Below are positions 42,976 to 55,600 of a stretch of DNA of 64,000 nt, in pieces (position 1 is the stretch's first letter; each line of letters starts with the position of its first letter). Below the pieces are notes generated by a model that was not told where the DNA came from, did no database searches, and worked only from the letters and a program-made list of their open reading frames with translations. The position numbers and the translations under genes are program-made. Location of the stretch: the NCBI GenBank assembly GCA_964035545.1, contig OZ037767.1, positions 24,196,628 to 24,260,627 on the forward strand. The letters run 5' to 3'. This DNA comes from Bugula neritina (taxonomy: Eukaryota > Animalia > Bryozoa).

Positions 42976-43409
42976 TATTGCATAAGAATAGAACAAGTAC
43001 ATTCATTGGTTATGCAGGCAAAGGGTTAAAGGGCATATGCATTGAATACAGTATCATGCTGTATATATGCAAATCGATTACAACAACTAACAGTCGATTG
43101 GCTGTAGTGCAGTACTACAATCTGTAAAAGTAGTAGAACACCACTCTCTTGCATCTACAGCTGAATGTATAGCCTATAAGTATATATACACGAAATACCC
43201 TGCAGGCTGCATGCAGTATAACCCTAGTATACATGTTATATTTCTTCACACATAAGTAATTATTATGTCATTGTTTTTGCTAGTGCAGCTCATGATGGCA
43301 GGGGCTGCATTATTGTTTACTGGATATAATGTAAATACTAAAAGAATATGCTATTGAAAATTAAGCTAAAATTAAAAGTTTTGCACCTTTGTATTTCTAC
43401 AGGCAGAAT

Positions 43410-43633
43410 AACTCCCAAAGGCAAACAGGTGGTGAGTCAGATACATTGTTTCAGTCATGAGATTTAGTTTGGAGAAAAGTTCTGAGAAAAACATAGCTTA
43501 CTAATCGGGTGGTTGTGACTTCAAGCCTTACTGATGCTCACACCATATAGCCAGAAGAGCAGCAGGGTGGCATTAGAAGTCATGACTCTTGCGGTCTTGA
43601 TGTGATAGCGGAGAAGTAGCTTCTCTAGCAAGC
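43410..43633 (+). repeat. Interspersed repeat, copy 1 (homologous to 51340-51568)
   Basis: Shares colinear blocks gtgagtcagat, ttctgag, ctaatcgggtggtt, agccttactgat, agagcag, ttgatgtgata and tagcaagc with copy 2. Confidence 0.75.
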
Positions 43634-43711
43634 TATGACTATGTCAGTAAAAATCTTGGCCAGGTAAAAAAATTTTCTAAGTGACAGATTAGCCTTATTT
43701 CAAAAGACGAT

Positions 43712-43744
<33 letters not shown>

Positions 43745-43750
43745 ACACAC
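43712..43750. repeat. (CA)n microsatellite
   Basis: cacacacac...acgcacacgcacacacac. Confidence 0.9.
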
Positions 43751-44049
43751 ATATATACGAGTATACACCTGTGCGTTATAGTAGTCAAAGCTAGTCACAT
43801 CCAAATATTATTATTCTTCAGAGCTTTTCTTGAGAACAAAATTCAACAAGTTGCAATAAACAAGAGAATTTATGGAATTTGTATTTACTAAAATATTATT
43901 CAGTTCAATTATGATGGATATCAGCCAATGAGAACAGTGCTTACAAGAGCAGGTGTGTGCTGCAAGTCTACAAACAGTTAGAAATAATAAAACTGGATTG
44001 TGCAAAGCGAAGAGTAAAATATTTATTTAGAAACAAAGTAAAATAAAAT

Positions 44050-47000
44050 TTAATAAATTGCGTAGCTTATCTCTTTCATCCCGAGGGAGAATCCTCCAAA
44101 ACATCCCCTGTAACCATAGCAACACAACTGAGTATTAAACAGAATACTAAAGTATAGAGATGATAATATTACTATTATTAATATTCTTTGAGCTGTCAGA
44201 TACAAACTCATTGAGTGGAGTTTTGTGCTCTTGATATGTTAATGCTCTCCGTACAGTTAATATACAATCACATGCATCATATTCTATTATTGTCTGTAAT
44301 TTATTTTGTATGAACCCTTAACTAAAAATACATTCCTTAGCTCCTTAGCCTAGGTTAATCAATTTTATTTAGTATAAAAACATGTTGAGTTATAAGGACA
44401 GATTTGAGGTTTAGCACTAATCCTGTTGTGGTTGGTCTATTTTTAAATAACATATCAGTAGAGTAATTCAGTTATACCAATTCAGTTTTCAGTATTTTTG
44501 ATTAAGTGAACATTTCATATTGATAGGTTGAATGAATTTTTGCTCGGGCAACTTTTTCTCTATATACTACTAATTGGCTGGTTTGAAAAAAATTGAGTAA
44601 ATCGTACTTCTTCATTTTCCTTCCTTTCGCTTTTTTCATTTTGACAAGTAAATCATTTTTACCATTCATATCTCCATTATTTCTATAAAAAAAGTTGTTC
44701 ATTTCAATGATTCTACAAAAATAAAGACATGCATGGACCAAATAGTGTTGTTAGTTGCATTTTTCAAGAGTAAATTATATATATAATTACTTTTCATTGG
44801 AGGCAAGACATTCCATCTTCTCCTCCGTGTTCATCCCCTGGTCTATTTTTACCACATTCATCAAACTTTAAACACACAACAACTTGTATTTATAAATGTT
44901 TTGAATTTGTTGAGTTATATTATATAATACATTATAACAATTATATTATATATTATAATATGTTGTATTGTCGTACTAATTTAAACAAATAGCGTACACA
45001 TAGAGACATGCCTTTATAATATCGAAGTGGAAAAGCTAAACTTTTGTATGCTGTAAAGTTTGTAATTATAAATCAAAAAAATGAATTTGTTGGAACTGAT
45101 TTAAAAAAAAACTTCATAAACTACATAATATACAACAATTCATAAAATTCAATTTGAGCTCAATAGAACTTTGAGTTTCCTATGCATTAACTATTTAAAC
45201 TGTATATATTTGGGTATGCAAGCTTTAGTTTAATGTTTTTTATATACATGCAGCTTGGAAATATTAAGGGAACACTCACAAAATAGCAAACACTTTTTAA
45301 AATCTTACCTCGCCATTTTCCACTCATACCAGTCCTGCATAAATATAGAAAGTATTTACTACTTCATTTACGGGATGCATTCATATCAATCGGAGAAAAT
45401 AATTATACCCCGAATTAAAGAAATTGTTTTGCTATACGTACAAATAACATTAATGGCATCTTCAAAACAGATCAGATAAATATAATACAAGACTGACCTA
45501 TTTATGAAAATGAGGTGTTTCAGTGAAATAAAAAAACCAGCTCATTACCTCGTATACATTGTATTCTGTGACTAGCTAGCTAGAGTACACAACAGACTAC
45601 ATAGTCACTTACAGGACTGCTAAGTGGGTGACAACTTTTTTATAGCAGCAACTGAAAGTCAGCCACAATTATGAACCAAATGAAAAGTTAATAGCAACAA
45701 ACATACCTTCACTTGTTGCAGGTAGTTTACTTGAGCCTTCAGTCTGAGAAACAATAAACAAGAGAAGACAATTAACTCTGACCAATTATTATATAGCTAT
45801 CACACACCTGTTTATAAAAGAGTATTGTAAATACTACAAACAACTGTCATGTTCTACTCAATATTCCCTTCTGCTATGAACAGATATAGTTCAAAGAGAG
45901 TGATATGATGAGTGCGTTGAAATAAACTATGTGCTGATTATATGACAGTTGCTTGTAAAAGTGAGTGTTTAAAGTTTCAGCATATTCACTGCTAGTTTCT
46001 CTTACTTTGAGTGGATTCGCAGAAGCGATCCGTACAGATGGATTTCGGGTTGCAGTTTGCATTAACTTATGATTGTAGCTTTATTTGATGCAATTCTTTC
46101 CATCAGAGGAATAAAAAATTAATAGCAATGGAAAGGCAGTGACTTTCATATATTTATATATTATTGGATGAATTAAGTTTTAAGCTCACCCTTTGCCTTC
46201 TTTTTTTATTTCTTTTACATAGTTCTTTGCAATCGCCAGCTCAATTCTATTCCTCTGTGAAAAACACAAATTATAAAACAAATAGTTAACAAACAAGAAT
46301 AGATGGTTGTGGTAAGTTTTGTGCTACACAAAGAAGTTGTTTATTAACATGTACAGTGACTAGTCACTAGTGCATAGAAGGTTTTGAGAAACGATACCAA
46401 AGTAGTAACAAACGTAACAAGTAGAAACAATGTAACAAAGTGGTAGTTTGATAATTTGTCATTAGAATATATTAGTTGCCAGTTTTCCTTGGTATATGAA
46501 ATGTGGCATATAAATATGTTAGATGGAGTAATTAGGTGAATGGGAGAATGTGATGTCCATGTGGTCAGCAGTGTTAGCTAAATACCATGACTCATAGACC
46601 CAGTTTCAAAAGTTAAACACTTTGACTTACCACTAATCTCCTTTCATCTTGCTCCTTTGTTCTGTAGCAAAAATTAGAAACAAGATAAAACTTATTTTAG
46701 TGACAGAAAATTCAAAATATTATTAAAGCATATATACTGACAATGTTGTAACTAGCTTGATGCATTTTTATTTTCAACAATGTGAGCAGCTTTGGTAAAA
46801 TCTAAAAGCTGTAATATTTTCAATTTAAGAAGTTTCACAAAGTCATAGGGGTAGCCAAAACATTCTAGCAATCTAGAAATTTAAATAGCTCAGGTTTCAA
46901 ATGTTGCACAAAATTAGAGCCAATAAGCATTTCATAGTTGAATGTTGAATGCTGTTTTTAGTTGATTCTACTTGCTGCATCTCTGAATTATTATCTACCA

Positions 47001-50000
47001 GAGTGAGTATACCAATCTATATGACAAGTATTTTGAATGTTGCTTTTTGATTTTAAGGTCTTTACTTTTCTATTACTCAAGAACATGACTTCACAAGCTT
47101 TATGAATAAACATTTTCAAAATCAAACATAGAAACTAATCACAAACATGGGTTTTTGACTCAAGATCACAGGTGTGAGCTGCCGTATGGTGACAAATTTA
47201 ATAGGTTTTACCAGTTTGCTTCAACACTGTCTAGACTTTCACCTGTTGAGTTAATTATATAAAACTTCTACACTTTTAATACAAACACAACTGTTGTTGT
47301 TATCGAAAATCTAAAACTCACTCTTCCCACTTGGCCTTGTCTCTTTGATGTGCCAAAATGGCTTCGGACATCTCCGAGTTTGTCTTGGCACTATAAGAAA
47401 TTAAGATATTTATAAATATAGCAAAAATAGTAAACATGTTCTACACATTCAACTTGAGCAGTTAATATACTTTGAGATAGAAAAGTTTAGCAGGAATTTT
47501 TACGATTCGGAACTAAAAAGCATGCAAACCTCATATCACTTTAAAAAGCATGCAAAATTCATATCATTTTAAAACTGCAATTCATTTTAAAATTGATCCC
47601 ACCACTTATATATACAAGGCCAATTCAATTCATTTTAAAATTACCATTCAATAAGAACTTCACGTACCAACTGAACCTATATCTAGAATGTTATAATAAC
47701 TTACAGGGAATCTCTCTCCTCCATCATCTCAGTTTTCAGCTACAAAGGTAAAAGGTAAACAATATTTTAAGATTTGTAACAGAATAACCTAAAATAGCAC
47801 AATACTACAACTGCAGCTGCTGCAGGACAATTGTTATCTCAGGTAATTTGATGATTAGTGAAACTTCAGAATTATCCTGTTTTGATATAAATTCAATTTA
47901 TTCACATTATTTACAAACATTAGTTTGAAAAAGTTTTATACCAGCAACTAATATAGCAGCCAGGCACAACTAATTATGAATAGCATTTTTACCTCATTTA
48001 TCATCAAAGTAAAAAGCTTTTTTGAAACTTATATAACACTAGTAGCACCGCCTATACTTGTAATAGTAGAAACTTTAAATAAAAGTTAATATTCTAGACT
48101 CACCATTTCCATCATTCTCTCAGAACAGCACAACCTGAAAAATGCTTACAGTGTAAAATTTTAGCCAATAGAAGTACAGACACAAGAGACAATAATAATT
48201 AACATTAGCTTTGGCAGAATAGTTAAGTTGCTACCCAAAACACTCAACAAAAATGGAGGTCTGTTCATTTCAGTCTGCAGTAACATACACAATTAAATAA
48301 AGCCCTCTTCAATTTTAGTAAAGAAATAGAGTTGTTGCACTATATCCTAATTCAACAAATCACTGGATATCATTCAATATTTTTATAAGCAGCTATATAG
48401 CTCTATGTTATGTTTTCAAGCATCTAGCAAATATAGTAAATTCTTTTAAATATTCCAAAGACAAAAGACACCAATTGTATACATACAAACCCTGTTTTTT
48501 TCAACATATACACATGAATACTTTTTATCTAAATAACCAACTTACTTCTTGTCACCGAAAAAAATTACCCCCTCTGGGATTCAAACCCAATACCTCTCTC
48601 ATGCAAACTTTGGGCTGCTGGGTGACCACAACACTACACATATAACTTCACATGAACTTCACTGGCCTCTCTACTACTCCTTCAGTCATCAGGTTATACT
48701 TACTTGTTCCTCAGTTCTTCATTTTCCATCTAAGAAAAACAAGAGGAAGTTACACCAAAGTAAATGCAATAAATTCTTACAGATTTAAACTCTTTTCTTG
48801 AAGTGTTTTAAGTTTTCAACAAGGATTGCATACACCTATAGTATGTATATATAAAATATGCATGGAATTATAGTTGTGACTAAAGATCTTATATTAATCT
48901 TGAGTTGCCTGGAGAACTTATTTTAATCTATGAACCTGCCATATCAAAACACATGCATCAGATATTGTTCTTAAATTAACATTAAAATTACATTATATCA
49001 TATTTTATACATCAAATGAGTAATTATATAGAAGTCAAAAATCCATTGCTGTATACAGAATATATACTTTTGATTAGGACTTACTTTCATAAGATCTTTC
49101 TCCCTCTCCATCTCCCTCTCCATCTCTCTGTGCCATTCGAAAAGAAAATAACAGAAATTAATATTGAAAGCATCGACACCGTATTAACACACTAATCATC
49201 TTAATTGGCCCCAGAAAGTTTAGTAAAAACTACTATCTGTTTGCTGTCAGAATCTATTTGAGTGAGAATCTTTCACAGTTTTTCCATGACATTAAACTTT
49301 TAGACAAACAAGTGTTGAAAAAATTTAAAAACAACAGATTTTATTCTCAATACGTGATATAATAATATATTCTACTAGACTAGAGTTCAGTTATCACTAT
49401 GATATGTTCTGTATTCAAATATAGCAGCACTCATCTCTGATTATATCACTTCAGCATATGTTAACCAGTCACTGCCTCTTATGGAAGAGAAATTACTTAC
49501 CCACATTTCTCTATCAACCTCTTGTTCTTCTACAAAATCAGTGCTAGAAATGTGGTTTGCTATTAAATTATTCTAACAATATACAACACACTCTGCTATT
49601 AGATATAAGCTTCCTTTCTCAAAAAGAAAGTTTGCATTGTTCAATATGTCGCACTGATACTTTCTGAAGAGCATGAACAAAAGGTGAGGCGTTTATGATG
49701 AATATAATAACAGTTTGCTATATAATGCAGTGCAGAAAGTATGGTGCATGTAAAAATATTATTGCCATAATTTGCAACTGAAAATTTTTTTATGCAATAC
49801 ACCAGAAAAATTTAACTCTATATTATATTTGCTAACTAATATTTAAATTGTTTTGCTACTACTTACCACCCATAGATACACACATATCAGCTCGCAAACA
49901 ACTGAAAATAAAAAAAGCACAACCATTACTTCGCAATATAATAAAATTACAGAACTATTTTCACATGTTCCTAAGCTATGCAGTGTATTAGCGATAAAAA

Positions 50001-50116
50001 ACAAGTCAAGGCAGCATGAATGAAATATGTTGGAGAAACAAAGATATCAAAGTCCAGTTAAAATACTCACCTAAAGCAGCAAATAGAATAATTGCAATTA
50101 TCAAAGTCTCACTCAT
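44050..50116 (-). CDS. Uncharacterised 226-aa single-pass membrane coiled-coil protein encoded by 15 very short exons
   Basis: Exons 50071-50116, 49867-49901, 49501-49529, 49085-49127, 48704-48729, 48104-48134, 47705-47739, 47322-47390, 46631-46661, 46190-46254, 45707-45743, 45309-45334, 44791-44865, 44608-44682 and 44050-44107. All are GT-AG and phase-compatible, giving 681 nt with no internal stop: MSETLIIAIILFAALVVCELICVYLWVKNKRLIEKCGEMEREMEREKDLMKMENEELRNKLCCSERMMEMLKTEMMEERDSLAKTNSEMSEAILAHQRDKAKWEETKEQDERRLVRNRIELAIAKNYVKEIKKEGKGLKAQVNYLQQVKDWYEWKMASLMNVVKIDQGMNTEEKMECLASNEKNNGDMNGKNDLLVKMKKAKGRKMKKGCFGGFSLGMKEISYAIY*. The last exon is the least certain. Confidence 0.8.
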
Positions 50117-51011
50117 TTTTTCAAAACAGCAAATATAGTAACTAGGTACAGCGTATAATTATGTAGAAGTAGAAGAATTTCTTTGAGTTAAACAATCCAA
50201 TCATAATTATTTATGTAACAATTAGAAGCCTTAGTTTTGAAAAACTAAATTCACAATTATGTAAATTAATTTATTGCTGATTGTTGCATTCTATAGAATG
50301 TATTTATTATAAGTTTATTCCCACAGGCTAAATATTTACATCCTGTTTCCACAAATAATTAAGGAATGGCTTCAAAATCATAGACAACTGAAAAAAGAAA
50401 CTATTAATTAACGATATGATAAAGGAACTTTATGATTATACTGATAATAAATATAATTTTTCACCAAATTTAAAAACACTTGACTGTTTAACAAAAAAGA
50501 GTCAACCTTATGTAAGAACCTAACACTAGCACCTCACAGTGAGAAGAAAATAATGATTTGCTAACATTAGCATATCCTGTCAGAGTAAAAAAACACAACA
50601 ATTCTTGAAATCTACTCATTGACAAAATAAAAGTAATTAAATCTTTTGATAACAGAAAAATAGGGAATGGAAGCAAAAAGCATAGATAAATATGGTGATA
50701 TCATATGGTTTAGTGACTTCCAACAAGCTATATGTTTACCATTAAAAGGTTGACAACTTTAGTGAGAGAATAAAACAGCACAGCGTAGCTATTTTCTGTA
50801 AAACAGCATCTTATCCTTAACACTTGGCAAATTAAAATTTGCTGTATAGGATGCAATTATAATAAATGCAATAATAATATAATGTCATATATCAACCAAA
50901 AAATATTGAACCAGGTTATTGTAATTTGTTAATGATTTGTTGTCAAAGAAAAGCAATTCAGTTCCTACTGCATTATGTTTTCATAAAAAAGCCTACACAC
51001 GCAGACACAAT

Positions 51012-51056
51012 CTATGGACATCAGCTGTTTTGGGATTTGTCCCCTCACCAGCACAA
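51012..51056 (-). ncRNA. Decayed type I hammerhead-ribozyme-like motif (probably inactive retroelement remnant)
   Basis: Minus strand ttgtg-CTGGTGA-gggg acaaa tccc-AAAA-cagctg-at-GTC-catag. This is hammerhead topology with two core mutations (CUGAUGA>CUGGUGA, GAAA>AAAA). Confidence 0.4.
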
Positions 51057-51339
51057 AACAGAGTACCATAGTCCATAGCCTCGCAATAGCAAAAACTTAT
51101 GTTTCTATTGAGGCTTATTTAAAAGGTATGTAAACTCAAGCCGCAGAGAGCTCAAGTAACTCTAGGAGTCATGAGCTTTGCAGTTTATGACTATCATTAG
51201 AGAGCTCAACCACTGAATGTCATTACTGAGCACAAAGTGAGCACAGAACAGAGCTGTCAATCTAGTTAGGAATAAAGCAGAGCAGAGTGCTCAATGTCAA
51301 ACTCACTGTATTTCTATTACTTTGGAATGCTCATAGAAA

Positions 51340-51568
51340 AACTCCTAAAGGCATGCAGACAGAGAGTGAGTCAGATGTAAGTTTCAGCCACTAAATTTAG
51401 CTTGAAGAAGAATTCTGAGGAAATAGTAGCTCACTAATCGGGTGGTTATGGTGCCGAGCCTTACTGATACTCTCATCATGTACCCAGTAGAGCAGAAGGT
51501 AACAGAAGTGTTGTGGCACTACTGTTGATGTGATAAAATAAAAATAGTTTTTCTAGCAACTAGCAAGC
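51340..51568 (+). repeat. Interspersed repeat, copy 2 (homologous to 43410-43633)
   Basis: Same colinear blocks as copy 1, in the same orientation. Confidence 0.75.
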
Positions 51569-52682
51569 TTGCTATGTTCGCATTTATAATATCTGCTTGT
51601 TTTTTCTCCAAAAGCTTGCATAGCAACACAATGCCAGCCTGTTGCCAATATCAATTTATCTTTGTGCTTAATAACCCTAACACTGTACTCTTCTTAGACA
51701 CTAGAAGATTATAAAGATTATAAAAACCTAAAATCATCTTCCCATGCATTAATATCTAAATTCTATATACATTCATGCTAAAACGATGTACAGTTCTACC
51801 AGTTTTGAGTCAAAACTGCTATCAGACTTTCACTTTCAAAAACTTAAAATTTTGCATTGAGCAGGCAAACACAATAATCGTAGTTGAGATATTAACTAAC
51901 GATGGTGTAGCCGTGTAGGTCTTTATACATGTAAGTACTGATAACTTCTAAACTGTTACTTTATGCAAGTGTAACATTATTTCATGCATAATTATTTAAT
52001 TATTGTGTTTCACCAGCTATTCATGATTCCTGACAGCAGAGTTTAATATTTTATGCTTACCTCAATCAATCTCTTTCAAACTTTATAAATTATATATATT
52101 CAATCCTAACTAAAGATTGTTGAAAGTTTCAATCACTATTATACCTAAGACAGTTTGATCATGCTCTAACAGTCACTTAGCTAAGACACTGTATCAACAA
52201 AATATCTAAAATCCTACACAAGTTGCAAATGTTCAAGTTGAGGCTGTGCATGTTGACCTCTGAATGTCATCATACAAAAGTCTTAAAACCACATCAATAT
52301 TTTATTTGGTGTTTATAAAACTATTCAATTTGGAATTATACATTATCAAGAATATAATTGACGTAGCACTATAATAATTATTATAACAAATACTGAAATA
52401 TATTGACTAGGAGTTATTAGCAGTCACAAAGTCTAGCAAAAACACATCATTACAAAGATGCATATTACATAACAGTACCTGTAAACGCCCAATCATTGTT
52501 AAACAAACACAACATTAACATTTACAAAAAAACGCTTTTATATAGAAGACATTATCTGAATGATTTTAAAACAAAAGAAAGATATAATGTAGAAAAGTTT
52601 AAATTGGTTGGACATATAAACTACACAACAGCAGTATGAAAATATAGCTGTAGTTTATTTTTACTTTTTTGCAAAAATAAAA

Positions 52683-55600
52683 TTACTTTCGTTTCTGGTA
52701 ATAATACGGGTTGTAGCTATACCTTCTTTTATCTACGAACCCAGGATATTGTGCCTTATAAAATGACGTGTCAAGATTGCTGCCACTGCCACCGAGGTTG
52801 GCTGCCAGGTTGCCCAGCTTCTCATCATCAGAGTTGCCTTCTTTATTCATTCTGTCAACAGTATATTGTTCAAGTTTTCACATAAACTAAATAGCAGCTA
52901 AGCAATGAAATTAGGTAAAATTTTTCAGATTTTACATTGAATATTTGTTTATATTTGTTTGAAAAGACATTGAAGAAGTTCCTTAGCAAAATAATTAATG
53001 AATCAGAGCCTACACTAGCAGTTTATGATTAGCCAGGGAGTATGTTATTGTAGGAAATTAAATTAAAGAAGGATTTCAAAATTGCAGTAAAAATATTTAT
53101 ACATTCAAGATATGAGCACATTGTCAGTAGCTTGGATTATTACCGGAACAACTTTGCCTCCAGGTCCAGCTTTTCTTGAGCGAGTCCAATTAAAACATTT
53201 CTTAATTCGGTGGCCTCTGTATCAGAGAACCATACACCTTGTCCATTTTCTTCAGAGCGGAAAGGTTGTTGCTCACTTTCATACCAGTTTGGTTCTAAGG
53301 TTTAAAATGATCAGCATTATGCTATTCAACATGTCAGTTTAGGCTTATATTATTAGAAACTCATTAAAATTATTTTGTTGAAAAAATTCACGTAATACTT
53401 GTGAGTAAAATTTTAATGCTTCAATCTTTGCCCTGGAGACTGTCACCAACTAGGTGTATGCAATCAATAACAGTTTTTAAATTTAAATGGTTTTAATGCT
53501 ATGATGCTAAAAGCTATAATAAATTAGTACTGTATTTATAGACTTATTTTAAAATTATGATGTCTGAACTTGAACAAATGTTTATTCAAATGCAAACAAA
53601 AAGCATTATTATTTGCTTCTTTATATAATTAGTTATATATATTTTAATGTTGGGTCAAATACTTTATGGTTCTGAGCATTATGGAGCCTCTGAACTGGTC
53701 ATTTATATCTATAATTTAGTGGTTGAACACAAATTCATTAAAAGTTAATAAAGCAGTGTCAAAAGAGATACATTAGCTCATAAATTTTGTACACTTAAAC
53801 ATTAGAAAAAATGCTAAACCGATAAATGATGGACTATAAAGCGTGCAATGGTTAGTCTTGACTTTGAGAGTCCGTTTTATTAAATCTGTAGAAGTGTTTA
53901 TTTATTGTAAAATTTGTATAAAAAGTATGTCTATATAATTTCTTTCCAATGCTGCATGTAAAGCAGGTTTGCTGTAGCTATTATTACAGGCTAACCTGCA
54001 ATGCTCCTTTTTTTCCTTCCAAATCTCTTTCCTTCCAGCACAGCTGGCAGAGTATTCCCTGACTCGTCATCTTCTTCCAGATTCAGTTTGTTAAGTCTCT
54101 CCTCTATGGCCTCCAGGTTTTCCAAGTAGTACTCCAGCAACGCTGCCTTGCTCTTTGGGTCTAACTTTGTGCTTTCAGACTCCTCTACAACCTCCTCTTC
54201 CTCCAGGACATCACCATCACCAGTCTCTTCTGTGAAATAACACAAGTCACTGCAAGTACTTTTGTGCCTTGTTATCACACTACATGGTATAAGCCAACTC
54301 ATGCAAGTCATTCATATATCTATTCCACATGAAAAAGGTTTGAGCAAGTATTTAGTTGTTACCTAAGCTTACAGGTGAGAGTGATTAGTTAGTTGTTACC
54401 TGGGTTAGCAGGTGTGGGTGAGTATTTATTTATCACCTAAGCTTACAGGTGTGAGTGGGTGTTTAGCTGTTACCTGTGTTTACGGATGAGAGCAAATATT
54501 CAGCTGGCAGCATTCGAACATACTCTTTCATCTGGCTCTCACTCAATGATTCATCAGCCCTACGGGCTTTTAGTGCTGCCTTACTGGCTGCAGGCCCTGC
54601 TCTGTTGACTACAGGTGATGACAACCAAGGTTTCTCGTAATTGCTTGCTTTTTCTTGACTCTGTTCAACTAAGAACTCCAAATCATCCGGCTGGAATCAT
54701 ACAACTCAAACCATTGATAATATTCAAGTATTCACGGTCAATGTATATTTATATGTGAATATAACTTCTCTACAACTAGTACAATTTACTTGTACACCAA
54801 ATAAGCTGTACTTACACACAAAACTTCAGACTTTTCGATGTTTTTGCTGTGCTGCAATTTAATTAAGGTCTGTTCTGTTCCTTTTAATCTATGCTGTATT
54901 ACCACTCAAGTAAAGTATTTTGTCCTTCTATTTTAAAATTTATTTATCAAGTATGTGAAGTTGTCATCGCTTTTCAACCTAGTTAGCTTAAATATTTCCA
55001 TAAAGTAGTTATTTTGCTTTTACAATTACAATTAAAAGTCTATTCTAAATTTGTAAGATGAATAATGTTAATGACTAGGTCATATAAAGTACAGAGCTGA
55101 TGACCACAGACACCTGCAGCAAGATGCAATCTCTGTTCTTAAATTCCCCTAAATTCCCTTATAAACCAGCTGTAACAAAATGCAGGTAGGCCTATCATGC
55201 ATGTTGAAAGATTAAATAAAAGCTCATGTAAAGTGCATACTGGTGGGTTAGATGGACTTGGAAAAGTTGTTGTTTCTTGATTTTCACCAACAGTCAGTTC
55301 AGCAACTGGAGTAGTCACAGTTTCCATCATCTCCTCATTCAGAATATCTTCTTCAATTGCCTCTTTAACTAGTCTTTCAACAATGTAATCTACAGCCTAG
55401 AAAAAGGACGAACTTGAGTAGCTAAGCAGAGTGTCTCATGTGAGCTGCTTTAAAGTAATTAAAATAGAATAAAAAATAGCCTCTGCAAATATTACATCAA
55501 AGAAATGTATCAGTGTTAATTGAGCCTAAGTATTTAGCACAGCACATGATGAATAATTTATGATCAATAATGTATCCCAATAATGTATTGGCAAACACGT

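Noticed and set aside
45874-46062. 62-aa ORF as an extra exon of the micro-exon gene
   Set aside because: No convincing acceptor/donor pair, and the flanking exons already join in frame without it.
53140-53146. In-frame stop right after ...KLFR suggesting the prohormone ends here
   Set aside because: CG|GTAATA is a phase-2 donor, which automatically reads as a stop if unspliced. The downstream exon 52683-52851 continues in frame with clear prohormone features.
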